The notes beneath the pieces were generated by a model, which was not told where the DNA came from, made no database searches, and saw nothing but the letters and a program-made list of their open reading frames with translations. Below are positions 1 through 8,346 of a DNA stretch of 32,000 nucleotides, piece after piece. Each line of letters starts with the position of its first letter. The stretch's first letter is position 1. Source of the DNA: Erysipelothrix inopinata (GTDB taxonomy: Bacteria > Bacillota_I > Bacilli_A > Erysipelotrichales > Erysipelotrichaceae); the NCBI RefSeq assembly GCF_014396165.1, contig NZ_CP060715.1, positions 1,380,001 through 1,412,000 of the forward strand, given 5' to 3'. A program made the translations under genes and the position numbers.

Positions 1-446
1 TGGTCCTTGAAGCATCGTTTGCGTATATACTTAAAGAATGTTTAGATATGAATTGTAAATATTATATTCACGATTTTAAATCAGATAAACTCGATCCAAA
101 ACTCGAAGTTAATTATCAAGATTTAATCGCAGACGAAGGTCGTTATTTATGGCAGGCTGTATCTAATTTTGAAAATCTTAAAGGAGGTGGTATCTACATC
201 CATAGCGACGCAACACCGCTTGGAGAGTTCGATCCAGCATATTTACCATTTATTGAATTGTTGAAGAGTCACAATGTTGAATTCGTAAGAATTGCATGTT
301 CAGGTCATGCATTCCCAGAAGATTTAAATAAGATTGTGAACTTAATTCAACCGAAACTGCTCGTTCCGATTCATTCATTAAGACCCGATCTTTTAGAGAA
401 TGAACACGGTGAACGACTATTACCTGAAAGAGGACAAGTTATCTAG
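1..446 (+). CDS. MBL-fold (beta-CASP-like) metallo-hydrolase, C-terminal fragment; the ORF is open to the window edge
   Basis: The frame of the 48..446 ORF stays open back to nt 3 (VLEASFAYILKECLD...). The C-terminal SGHA and VPIHS histidine motifs are typical of MBL/beta-CASP folds. Confidence 0.55.
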   Translation, partial: VLEASFAYILKECLDMNCKYYIHDFKSDKLDPKLEVNYQDLIADEGRYLWQAVSNFENLKGGGIYIHSDATPLGEFDPAYLPFIELLKSHNVEFVRIACSGHAFPEDLNKIVNLIQPKLLVPIHSLRPDLLENEHGERLLPERGQVI

Positions 447-461
447 AGGAGAATACATAAA

Positions 462-1727
462 ATGAAAAAGTATTTAGTAGCTTTACTAGCAGTATTTATG
501 TTAGTTGGATGTTCTAATAAAGGATCAGGATCATCTGACGATACAATCATTGATAAAGTACCAGAAGGAACAGAAATCACATTCTGGCACGCAATGAATG
601 GTGGACAAGAAAAATCATTAACAGAGTTAACTGAGCAATTTATGGCTGAAAATAAGAATATTAAAGTTGTATTACAAAATCAAACAAAATATCCTGATTT
701 ACAAGCAAAAATTAATGCAACAGTTACATCACCAAAAGACTTACCTACAATGACTCAAGGTTATCCAAACTGGTTCTGGAGTATTTCAGAAGAAAACATG
801 CTTGTTGACTTACAACCATACATGGATCACAAGACGATTGGTATCGCTGACAAAGATGATATTGTAAAAGTATTCTTAGATGGTGCTAAAATTCATGATA
901 AACAATATGGAATGCCTTTCAACAAATCAACTGAAGTTCTATACTACAACGAAGGTATGCTAAAAGAATACGGTGTTGAAGTTCCAAAAACAATGGAAGA
1001 ACTTGCAGCAGCATCAAAAACAATTTATGAAAAATCAAATGGTGAAGTTGTTGGAGCTGGTTTCGATTCATTAAATAACTACTACGTTATTGGTATGAAA
1101 AACGAAGGTGTTGAATTCAACAAAGATGTAGATATTACAAGCCCACAAAGTGAAAAAGTAGCTCAATACTACCATGATGGTATTAAAGAAGGTTACTTCC
1201 AAATTGCAAATAAAGGTGAATATCTTTCAGCTGTATTTGGAAATGGTAAAATTGCTATGAACATTGGTTCAATGGCAGGGGAATCACACGTTAAAAAAGC
1301 TATCGAAGGAAAAAATATCGAATACGGTGTTGCTCCACGTCCAAGTGTGAAAAACTTACAACAAGGTACTGACTTATACATGTTTGCGGAAGCTACACCA
1401 GAACAACGTTCTGCAGCATTCCAATACATGAAATTCTTAGTATCTAAAGAATCACAAATGAAATTTGCTTTAGACACAGGTTACATGCCTGCACGTACAT
1501 CAGTATTCAATGATGACAAATACAAGAACACTACAGATTCTAAGATTCCAGCAATCATTGGTAACACATTAGATAATCTCTTTGCTTTACCAGTAGTTGA
1601 AAACTCAGATCCTGCATACCAATCATCACGTAATATCATGGAAAAAATTCTTTCAGATAAAAACGCTGATGTGAAAAAAGTTCTTGAAGGTTCAAAAGCT
1701 GAATTTGAAGCAACTTGGAAACAATAG
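462..1727 (+). CDS. ABC transporter substrate-binding lipoprotein (family 1 sugar/solute-binding protein)
   Basis: Signal peptide with lipobox LVGC-S. Length and motifs (FWHAMNGGQE, YGMPFNKSTEVLYYN, GYMPAR) match extracellular solute-binding family 1. SD GAGGAG lies upstream. Confidence 0.88.
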   Translation: MKKYLVALLAVFMLVGCSNKGSGSSDDTIIDKVPEGTEITFWHAMNGGQEKSLTELTEQFMAENKNIKVVLQNQTKYPDLQAKINATVTSPKDLPTMTQGYPNWFWSISEENMLVDLQPYMDHKTIGIADKDDIVKVFLDGAKIHDKQYGMPFNKSTEVLYYNEGMLKEYGVEVPKTMEELAAASKTIYEKSNGEVVGAGFDSLNNYYVIGMKNEGVEFNKDVDITSPQSEKVAQYYHDGIKEGYFQIANKGEYLSAVFGNGKIAMNIGSMAGESHVKKAIEGKNIEYGVAPRPSVKNLQQGTDLYMFAEATPEQRSAAFQYMKFLVSKESQMKFALDTGYMPARTSVFNDDKYKNTTDSKIPAIIGNTLDNLFALPVVENSDPAYQSSRNIMEKILSDKNADVKKVLEGSKAEFEATWKQ

Positions 1728-1751
1728 TTTCATAACATTATTTATACATTT

Positions 1752-1786
1752 AAGACAGATAAGTACAATTATCTGTCTTTTATTAT
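1752..1786 (+). terminator. Rho-independent terminator after the binding-protein gene
   Basis: 11-bp stem AAGACAGATAA / TTATCTGTCTT with a 6-nt loop, followed by a T-rich tail. Confidence 0.7.
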
Positions 1787-1918
1787 ATATAATTGTAAGT
1801 TGTGTATTGATTATTAAGTTTGTTACGTACTTCACAAACGATGGTTTGAATATGAAGAAAGCGCATTCTTAAATGGGGTTTAGAGTGTTATTTATTTAAA
1901 TAATGATTATTTCTTTAA

Positions 1919-1951
1919 CTTACACATTTCATACACAATTCTTACACATTT
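1919..1951 (+). repeat. Direct repeat CTTACACATTT x2 with 22-bp start-to-start spacing, upstream of the WxL operon
   Basis: Exact 11-mer at 1919-1929 and 1941-1951. An extended -10 (TGATATTAT, 1964-1972) follows with no good -35. Confidence 0.45.
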
Positions 1952-1963
1952 GTAAAAATACCA

Positions 1964-1972
1964 AATGATATT
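1964..1972 (+). promoter_or_regulatory. Candidate extended -10 promoter element for the WxL operon
   Basis: TGaTATTAT lies about 33 nt upstream of the ATG at 2005. Confidence 0.4.
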
Positions 1973-2004
1973 ATGCATGTGTCAAGAAAAGAAAGAGTGG
2001 AGAC

Positions 2005-2718
2005 ATGAAAAAAAATATATTAAAGATTGCAGCTTTTAGCCTCATTATTTCCGGCTTTGCTGTTGCGCCAATTATGGCTGGAGAGAAAGAAGATAGTGCA
2101 AACTCAAACGCTACAGTTTCGTTTAAAGCACCTGATGTAACAGATCCGGTGAAACCTGTTGACCCAACAGATCCTACGAAACCGCTAGATCCAGTAGACC
2201 CAGGAGATGGACACGAAACAGGATCAAAAGGACCTATCACTATTGACTACGTACCACATCTAGCATTTGGAGAAGTCGAAATTGATGGTACAACTAAAGT
2301 AGTTGATGCTACTTCAGTAAAACCTTACGTTCAAGTATCTGACCGTAGTGCTACTGGTAAAGGCTGGACATTATCAGCAAAAATGGGAGACTTTGTAACT
2401 GGTAAAGGAACCGCAGACGAACATACATTGAAAGGTACAAAGATTTATCTTGAAAATGGACAAGTTCAATCTTCAGATCCAGAAATTACTGCAGCTCCTA
2501 CAGGTACATCAAAAATCACTTTAGTTGGTGGCGGTACTGATACTGTAACAGTAATGGATGCAGCTAAAAACCAAGGTATGGGAACATGGATCATGAAATG
2601 GTTAAAAGATGATTCAGGTAAAACAAACAGTAAAGTAAAACTAGAAGTAAACACGAAAGACGCTCGTGCTAAAGCTTATCAAGCAGAGATTAATTGGACT
2701 TTAGGTCAACAACCATAA
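2005..2718 (+). CDS. WxL domain-containing cell-surface protein (CscB-like)
   Basis: Signal peptide and a proline-rich DP(V/T)xP stretch. Two WxL motifs are present (GKGWTLSAK and EINWTLGQQP at the C-terminus). Confidence 0.85.
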   Translation: MKKNILKIAAFSLIISGFAVAPIMAGEKEDSANSNATVSFKAPDVTDPVKPVDPTDPTKPLDPVDPGDGHETGSKGPITIDYVPHLAFGEVEIDGTTKVVDATSVKPYVQVSDRSATGKGWTLSAKMGDFVTGKGTADEHTLKGTKIYLENGQVQSSDPEITAAPTGTSKITLVGGGTDTVTVMDAAKNQGMGTWIMKWLKDDSGKTNSKVKLEVNTKDARAKAYQAEINWTLGQQP

Positions 2719-2725
2719 AAAATTA

Positions 2726-3778
2726 ATGAAAGCTTATAAACATAACAGAGTTAAAACAACATTTGCTTTAATGTTTACGCTTGGTGCGATGTTTATAACA
2801 ATGTTTATCGCACCATTGTCGTCTGTGCATGCAGATGCCTATGGTGCGTTTTACATTGAACCACATCTACCAGAAAATCAATATGATCAAAATGTAGGTT
2901 ACTTTGATCTAATGATGACCCCAAATATGGAACAAACATTAACGTTTGATGTTGTGAATCAAGGGGATAAACCGATGCTCGCGTCGCTGGAATTTCAGAA
3001 TGGAACGACATCTCTAAATGCAGAGAAGTCATACCTCAATGTTGAAAAACCAGATGTGTCGATGAAATCGCCGATGACTGAAATGGCTCAAATTTCAGAT
3101 AAAGAACTAACAATTCAACCACATGATAAAAAAACAGTTACCGTCACCGTTAAAGCTCCGCAAGAAACATTTGATGGTGTATCAGTGGGTGGGATTACTG
3201 TTACTGCAGATACGATAGATAACGATACAAAAAAAGATGACAAACAAGAATTTGAAATTGTAAGTAGAACGACATATCTTCTTGCATTACAAGTTCGAAT
3301 GAATGAAAATACTGTAGATAAAAATCTAAATTATATTAAATCTGATACAGAGATGATACAATTGGTACCTAAATTTATTTCAGTAATTCAAAATGATCGA
3401 CCTGTGGTAATGAATGATCTTACAATTGATGGAACTGTAACACACGAAAACAAAAGTGATATAGTTGCGAAAATACATAAGACAACCGGCGGTATACTTC
3501 CGAATACGCAGTTTTCAATTGCATATGATTTAGAAGGAAAAAAACTTGAACCGGGAACATATGATATTAAATTAAAAATCACAAGTGGTGATGATGAATG
3601 GGAATGGCAAGAAAAACATACTGTTGAAGCGCCTCAGGCTAAGACACTTAATGAAAATGCTCAAACACCAACTGAAAACAACACTATGATAATTATTTTA
3701 TTCTCAGTCGTAATATTATTAATACTCATTGTTTTATACTTATATTACAAAATGAAAAAGATGAAAAATCAAAAATAG
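2726..3778 (+). CDS. DUF916/DUF3324 cell-surface protein with C-terminal TM anchor (CscA-like)
   Basis: Signal peptide and the YIEPHLPENQ...GYFDL motif typical of DUF916. C-terminal hydrophobic helix followed by a KMKKMKNQK stop-transfer. Positioned between two WxL genes. The SD is weak, so the start is less certain. Confidence 0.8.
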   Translation: MKAYKHNRVKTTFALMFTLGAMFITMFIAPLSSVHADAYGAFYIEPHLPENQYDQNVGYFDLMMTPNMEQTLTFDVVNQGDKPMLASLEFQNGTTSLNAEKSYLNVEKPDVSMKSPMTEMAQISDKELTIQPHDKKTVTVTVKAPQETFDGVSVGGITVTADTIDNDTKKDDKQEFEIVSRTTYLLALQVRMNENTVDKNLNYIKSDTEMIQLVPKFISVIQNDRPVVMNDLTIDGTVTHENKSDIVAKIHKTTGGILPNTQFSIAYDLEGKKLEPGTYDIKLKITSGDDEWEWQEKHTVEAPQAKTLNENAQTPTENNTMIIILFSVVILLILIVLYLYYKMKKMKNQK

Positions 3779-3785
3779 GGGAATT

Positions 3786-6700
3786 ATGAAGCGTACAATC
3801 AGAAAAACAAGACATATCTTAATTGCATTAACAATCGCATTGGTTGTTAGTGGTTTTTCTGTGTTACGCGAGCATCCTTCTAATGCTATGCCAATCTATG
3901 CTGATACTAAAACTACTGAAATCAAACTTGGAAACGAATCCGAAAGTGGTGCGGCAGAGACTCAGCTCGATATGAATGATAAGGCAACTGACAAAGAATC
4001 GAAAACGGATGAACATGAAAATGTTAATAGCGAGAGTGAAAATCCGGAACCGGTGGATGAAGCAGTAGAAAAAAAACTGGATCCAGAAATCGAGGAAAAA
4101 CTGAAGAGTATTGATGTGAACCAATCAGTACAATCTTTGAGTGATAATAATTCAGAGTTGATAAATAGAACTATGACAGAACAATCACCACAAAGACCGC
4201 AAAATTTTGCGGCGAAAGCTATTTCTTCGAATGCTATGATTGTTACTTCTTTCGCACAATTAAAAAGTGCCATTGAAGCTGGTGGTATGGTTAACGGACA
4301 GAAGAAAACTATTTTTTACTTAGGGTCAGATATTGTTGGTACCAAAGGTGGAATCACGATACCTAACGGCTATTCCTTTTCACTTGATGGAAAAAATCCA
4401 AATACACAAGTCATACATACATTTTACGAATATGGTGGAACTACGGAGTCCGATACAATTCGTTATACAGCTAGTGGCGATCAATCCACAAATTTTATTA
4501 GAAACGTAAATATTGTAGGTCAAAACAAGAGTGGTTTTTTCACTTCCAAATATGCTAATGTGACTTTTGAATTGAGCTTTGTTGATTATACTGGACCAAA
4601 GGTTGCAGCACTTCCTAAAGGTGCTGTGGTTTTCAGAGATTCTAACGTAAATGTTACTACTGCTAGGTTAGTATCCACAGAACAAGTAGCAAGTGCACGA
4701 GAAGTATATTTAACTGAAACAAATACTATTACAACAAGCCCGGATATGAAGGAACCTGTTTTTGCCGCAACTGAACTCTTTATTATTGCTGGCGAGAAGG
4801 AACAAAATATTTATTCTGCCAATCCAATTTTAAGTAGCTCGAAAGCAAACGTTCTTATTACGGATAAAACTGTAGTTAATATAAATGGTATAGCTGTATC
4901 GGGAGAAAAAACTGTAGGCGGAATTGTAACTACTGGTTCTTTTGATAACTATGGGAACATTAACTTCAATGCAGATAAATTAACTGGTAATATCATTAGT
5001 TCAAGTGCCTTTGATAATACTGGAAAACTCAAGATAGATGTAGGAACTATTACCTCAAATGTATTATCTACTACGACCTTTAAAAATTCAGGGACAATTA
5101 CAGTTTTGAGTGAAAAAAGCAGTAGTGTTGTTAACTCATCTCAACGCATGGAAAATAAAGGAATAATAGATGCCAATATTAATGAAATTACTTCAGATAG
5201 TTTCACAACATCAATTTTCGAAAACTCAGGAGATGTAAAACTACTTAGTAACAAGGTGTCGGGAAATGTTCTCTATTCGAAAACATCATTAACGAATACT
5301 GGATTAATTGATATTAAATCAGAGATTACGACTGGACATGTTGTTAATGTTACGGAATTTATAAATGATGGAGTACTTCAGGTTAATGTTCAAGAAGTTA
5401 CTGGATCATCATCAGACGTTATCAATTCAACAAATCTTACCAATTTAAAAGAAATTGATTTGAAGACTACAAAATTGGGTAACTCTTTTATTAACAACAG
5501 TAACACCATAATTAATAAAGGTAGTATTAAAGTTAATGGCGGTGCAGTGGGACGTGATTTAATCTATTCTCGTCATTACTTCTATAACTATGGTAATGTA
5601 GATTTAAGTGCAGATACAGTTGGTTCGTATGGAATTCGAGTTGAAATATCTAATAAGGATTCATTTATCAATGAAGGCGGCAATATTAAAATCCGGGCAA
5701 ATCAAATCTCTAACTATGTTCTATATTCCTTTTATTTTATCAATAGAGATAATGCAAATGTTGATATCAATGTTCTTGAAGGGGGTACAGCAAGTCGAGG
5801 AATTACAATTTATCGTGACAATATCTTTGAAAATAGTACGGCAAAATTTGTAATTGGTAATCCGGAACAAGAAAGCAAGCCACGTACTAATGTGTTTTAT
5901 ACAGATGGATATGGTAAATTTGAATTTATTGATTCTCGTATAACGATTGATACTGCTGATTCGGGATATACAAATGTATTTAATACGCCGAGTGTTAAGT
6001 TTGTAAGTACAGGTTCCGTTCCTGCATATTTGAATATTATCAATTATTCTGGAAGTACTAATTTTGGATCATCTGGAACGAAATTTGATATTGATACCCA
6101 ACAAATTAATACTTGGGATTCCAAACCAACCTTCACAACATATCCTGATGCTACTCTGGGAGGCGCACATCGCTTCGTAATGAATGATTATCGTAATTTT
6201 AATGTAAGTGGTAGTATCAGTGCAAAAGGCGATCCAACATTTGACAAAACATCCACACCGTCTACAGATACAATTAGTATCAATGATAATCTAACATTTA
6301 ATAACCAAGAGGTTATTTCAATGGGAAATATGATGTTGGATGTTCCTAAGAACACAGAAAGTCTCAACAAGTTGAAATTAAAAACTAATCCTGGTTCATG
6401 GGTGCAACTTGCATCAAAACCTACTTTTGATACCTATGCTGATGAAAATGGTAATGTTGATACACAGTTGCCACATGGTGTAAGTAATGACAAATATCGA
6501 GTGGATTCGTTTGGCGATAATTTATATCGTAATTCAGATGTTCAATATCATGTGGATGGTGATCTAAGTATTCTTGAGATTCCAACGCAAATATCATTTC
6601 CAGAAATTGAATTGCATTCGGGACCTAATTATTATGATCGTGATTCACAGATGAAGATTGCGATTGAGGACAACAGATTAAATAAAACAGGTTGGAAATT

Positions 6701-6959
6701 AAGTGTTCGTATCATAAAACCACTGCAAATTAGTGGCCGTCCTGAATCACGTCTTGATAAAGCATTACACGTTAACAAGAATGCTATTGGTGAAGAACTT
6801 GTAACGGTCTATGAAACGACGGGACTTGATTATTCCAGTAATACTGAAGTTATCTGGGAATCGAATGAGGGAATTCAACTATACATTGAGAATTATAATC
6901 GAATTTACGCTAATACTCCGTATGAAGCATCGTTAGAATGGGTATTACAAGCGAAGTAG
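3786..6959 (+). CDS. Large WxL domain surface protein (CscC-like), 1057 aa, with acidic N-terminal linker, beta-helix-like repeat array and C-terminal WxL domain
   Basis: Signal/TM segment at the N-terminus. WxL motifs near the C-terminus (NKTGWKLSVRI and SLEWVLQAK). Internal ~23-aa repeats. SD AGGGGA. Confidence 0.8.
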   Translation: MKRTIRKTRHILIALTIALVVSGFSVLREHPSNAMPIYADTKTTEIKLGNESESGAAETQLDMNDKATDKESKTDEHENVNSESENPEPVDEAVEKKLDPEIEEKLKSIDVNQSVQSLSDNNSELINRTMTEQSPQRPQNFAAKAISSNAMIVTSFAQLKSAIEAGGMVNGQKKTIFYLGSDIVGTKGGITIPNGYSFSLDGKNPNTQVIHTFYEYGGTTESDTIRYTASGDQSTNFIRNVNIVGQNKSGFFTSKYANVTFELSFVDYTGPKVAALPKGAVVFRDSNVNVTTARLVSTEQVASAREVYLTETNTITTSPDMKEPVFAATELFIIAGEKEQNIYSANPILSSSKANVLITDKTVVNINGIAVSGEKTVGGIVTTGSFDNYGNINFNADKLTGNIISSSAFDNTGKLKIDVGTITSNVLSTTTFKNSGTITVLSEKSSSVVNSSQRMENKGIIDANINEITSDSFTTSIFENSGDVKLLSNKVSGNVLYSKTSLTNTGLIDIKSEITTGHVVNVTEFINDGVLQVNVQEVTGSSSDVINSTNLTNLKEIDLKTTKLGNSFINNSNTIINKGSIKVNGGAVGRDLIYSRHYFYNYGNVDLSADTVGSYGIRVEISNKDSFINEGGNIKIRANQISNYVLYSFYFINRDNANVDINVLEGGTASRGITIYRDNIFENSTAKFVIGNPEQESKPRTNVFYTDGYGKFEFIDSRITIDTADSGYTNVFNTPSVKFVSTGSVPAYLNIINYSGSTNFGSSGTKFDIDTQQINTWDSKPTFTTYPDATLGGAHRFVMNDYRNFNVSGSISAKGDPTFDKTSTPSTDTISINDNLTFNNQEVISMGNMMLDVPKNTESLNKLKLKTNPGSWVQLASKPTFDTYADENGNVDTQLPHGVSNDKYRVDSFGDNLYRNSDVQYHVDGDLSILEIPTQISFPEIELHSGPNYYDRDSQMKIAIEDNRLNKTGWKLSVRIIKPLQISGRPESRLDKALHVNKNAIGEELVTVYETTGLDYSSNTEVIWESNEGIQLYIENYNRIYANTPYEASLEWVLQAK
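4941..5855 (+). repeat. About 12-13 degenerate ~23-28-aa coding repeats (F-x-N-x-G-x-[IL]-x-[IV]...[TS]-[GS]-N-[VI]) inside the large WxL gene
   Basis: Read from the translation, aa ~386-690: FDNYGNINFNADKLTGNIISSSA / FDNTGKLKIDVGTITSNVLSTTT / FKNSGTITVLSEK... / FENSGDVKLLSNKVSGNVLYS... and so on. Confidence 0.7.
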
Positions 6960-6988
6960 TGATTTCTTATCACTACTTTTTTGTTTTT
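6955..6988 (+). terminator. Rho-independent terminator of the WxL operon
   Basis: Stem AGTAGTGAT / ATCACTACT with a 5-nt loop, followed by TTTTTTGTTTTT. It overlaps the TAG stop. Confidence 0.8.
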
Positions 6989-7023
6989 GAGGGGATTGTA
7001 AAAAAATGTAAAGAAATTATTAA

Positions 7024-7040
7024 TTTCACATCTTTCACAT
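7024..7040 (+). repeat. Tandem TTTCACAT-c-TTTCACAT upstream of the MFS/GDPD operon
   Basis: Exact 8-mer at 7024-7031 and 7033-7040. TACAAT (7051-7056) is a possible -10, but neither TTCACA is at canonical -35 spacing. Confidence 0.4.
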
Positions 7041-7082
7041 GTTAATAGCGTACAATGGAGATAAGATGATGGAGGAGATTTT

Positions 7083-8345
7083 ATGAAATTAAATACAAAA
7101 CGAACGGTCTTAATAGGACTTGCGTTCATGAGTATCTCTGCTTTTTGGCAACTTTATGATTTTCTTATTCCGTTAATTTTAACGAATACCTTTGGTGTTT
7201 CTGACACTATTGCTGGATTCGTTATGTCTTTGGACAATATTCTTGCTTTATTCATGCTTCCGTTCTTTGGGGCACTCTCGGATAAAGTGGATACGAAATA
7301 TGGGAAGCGAATGCCCTTTATCGTAATCGGAACTTTTGTGGCAGTAATCAGTTTAATTATAATTCCATTCGCAGCTAATGAGAAAATATTATGGTTATTT
7401 GTGATTGGTCTTTTAGTAGTTCTTATAGCAATGTCAACATACAGAAGTCCTGCTGTTGCGTTAATGCCTGATGTTACCCCAAAACCAATGCGATCTAAAG
7501 GAAATGCAATTATTAACCTTATGGGTGCGGTTGGGGGAATGATTGCCTTGCTCATGCTAAATTTCTTGTCTCCACAAAAATTTTCTGGTAACCAATATCC
7601 TATTTTCATAGGTATTGCTTTATTTATGGCAGTGTCGATTTTTATCATGATTTTATTTGTAAGAGAGAATCGTTGGCGTAAAGAAATGGAATCAATCAGT
7701 GAACACGTCCATGCTGAAGAAGAACTTGTGACAGAGTCTGGAGAGATGAAAGCAGATGTTAAGTCGAGTTTGACCTATATCTTAATTTCAATCAGTCTTT
7801 GGTTTATGGGATATAATGCGGTTATTTCCGCATTCTCGCGTTATGCTGTTAATGAGCTTCATTTGCTTGAAAGCCAAGCATCTAATATCTTACTTGTCGC
7901 AAACATTTCAGCAATTGTATGTTTTATTCCGATTGGCATCTTGGGAACAAAAATGGGACGAAAGAAAACAATTCAACTTGGGATCTTATCACTCCTCACA
8001 GCGTTTGCTACGGCGTTTTTCTATCGCGATGGGTTCTCGCCTCTAATGTACGTTAACTTTGCTCTAGCGGGCTTTGGGTGGGCTGCAATCAACGTAAACT
8101 CATTACCAATGGTATTGGAAATGACTACGGGAGGAGATGTTGGTAAGTATACTGGACTTTATTATACGTTCTCGATGTCTGCTCAAATTATCACACCTAT
8201 TTTATCGGGGTTCCTATTTGATGTTATTGGCTACCACGTCTTGTTCCCATATGCGTCTTTCTTTGTTCTCGCATCTTTATTTACTATGACACGTGTAAAA
8301 CATGGAGATGCTAAGTTGTCTTCGTATCATATTGACGAGGCTTAA
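7083..8345 (+). CDS. MFS transporter, GPH/SLC45-like
   Basis: About 12 hydrophobic segments. The DKVDTKYGKRMPFI loop motif is typical of glycoside-pentoside-hexuronide-type MFS. SD GGAGGAG. Confidence 0.8.
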   Translation: MKLNTKRTVLIGLAFMSISAFWQLYDFLIPLILTNTFGVSDTIAGFVMSLDNILALFMLPFFGALSDKVDTKYGKRMPFIVIGTFVAVISLIIIPFAANEKILWLFVIGLLVVLIAMSTYRSPAVALMPDVTPKPMRSKGNAIINLMGAVGGMIALLMLNFLSPQKFSGNQYPIFIGIALFMAVSIFIMILFVRENRWRKEMESISEHVHAEEELVTESGEMKADVKSSLTYILISISLWFMGYNAVISAFSRYAVNELHLLESQASNILLVANISAIVCFIPIGILGTKMGRKKTIQLGILSLLTAFATAFFYRDGFSPLMYVNFALAGFGWAAINVNSLPMVLEMTTGGDVGKYTGLYYTFSMSAQIITPILSGFLFDVIGYHVLFPYASFFVLASLFTMTRVKHGDAKLSSYHIDEA

Positions 8346-8346
8346 G

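Noticed and set aside
1684-1872. 62-aa plus-strand ORF overlapping the end of the binding-protein gene and running into the intergenic region.
   Set aside because: It starts inside the preceding gene, runs straight through that gene's terminator hairpin (1752-1786), has no SD, and its translation is low-complexity and hydrophobic.
7154-7648. 164-aa minus-strand ORF inside the MFS gene. Similar antisense or off-frame track ORFs occur at 1193-1477, 1971-2240, 2466-2654, 2805-3032, 3388-3582, 3864-4124, 3962-4273, 5608-5853, 6188-6370, 6905-7129, 7816-8046, 12163-12366, 16505-16816, 17475-17666, 17894-18127, 18299-18523, 18447-18650, 20298-20498, 21731-21982, 24084-24386, 24551-24739, 27319-27534, 27565-27795, 28134-28319, 28538-28822, 29262-29465, 29524-29805 and 31187-31393.
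   Set aside because: Each lies wholly or largely within a longer ORF that has clear family signatures. They lack SD sequences and have odd, low-complexity translations, so they are shadow ORFs typical of AT-rich DNA.
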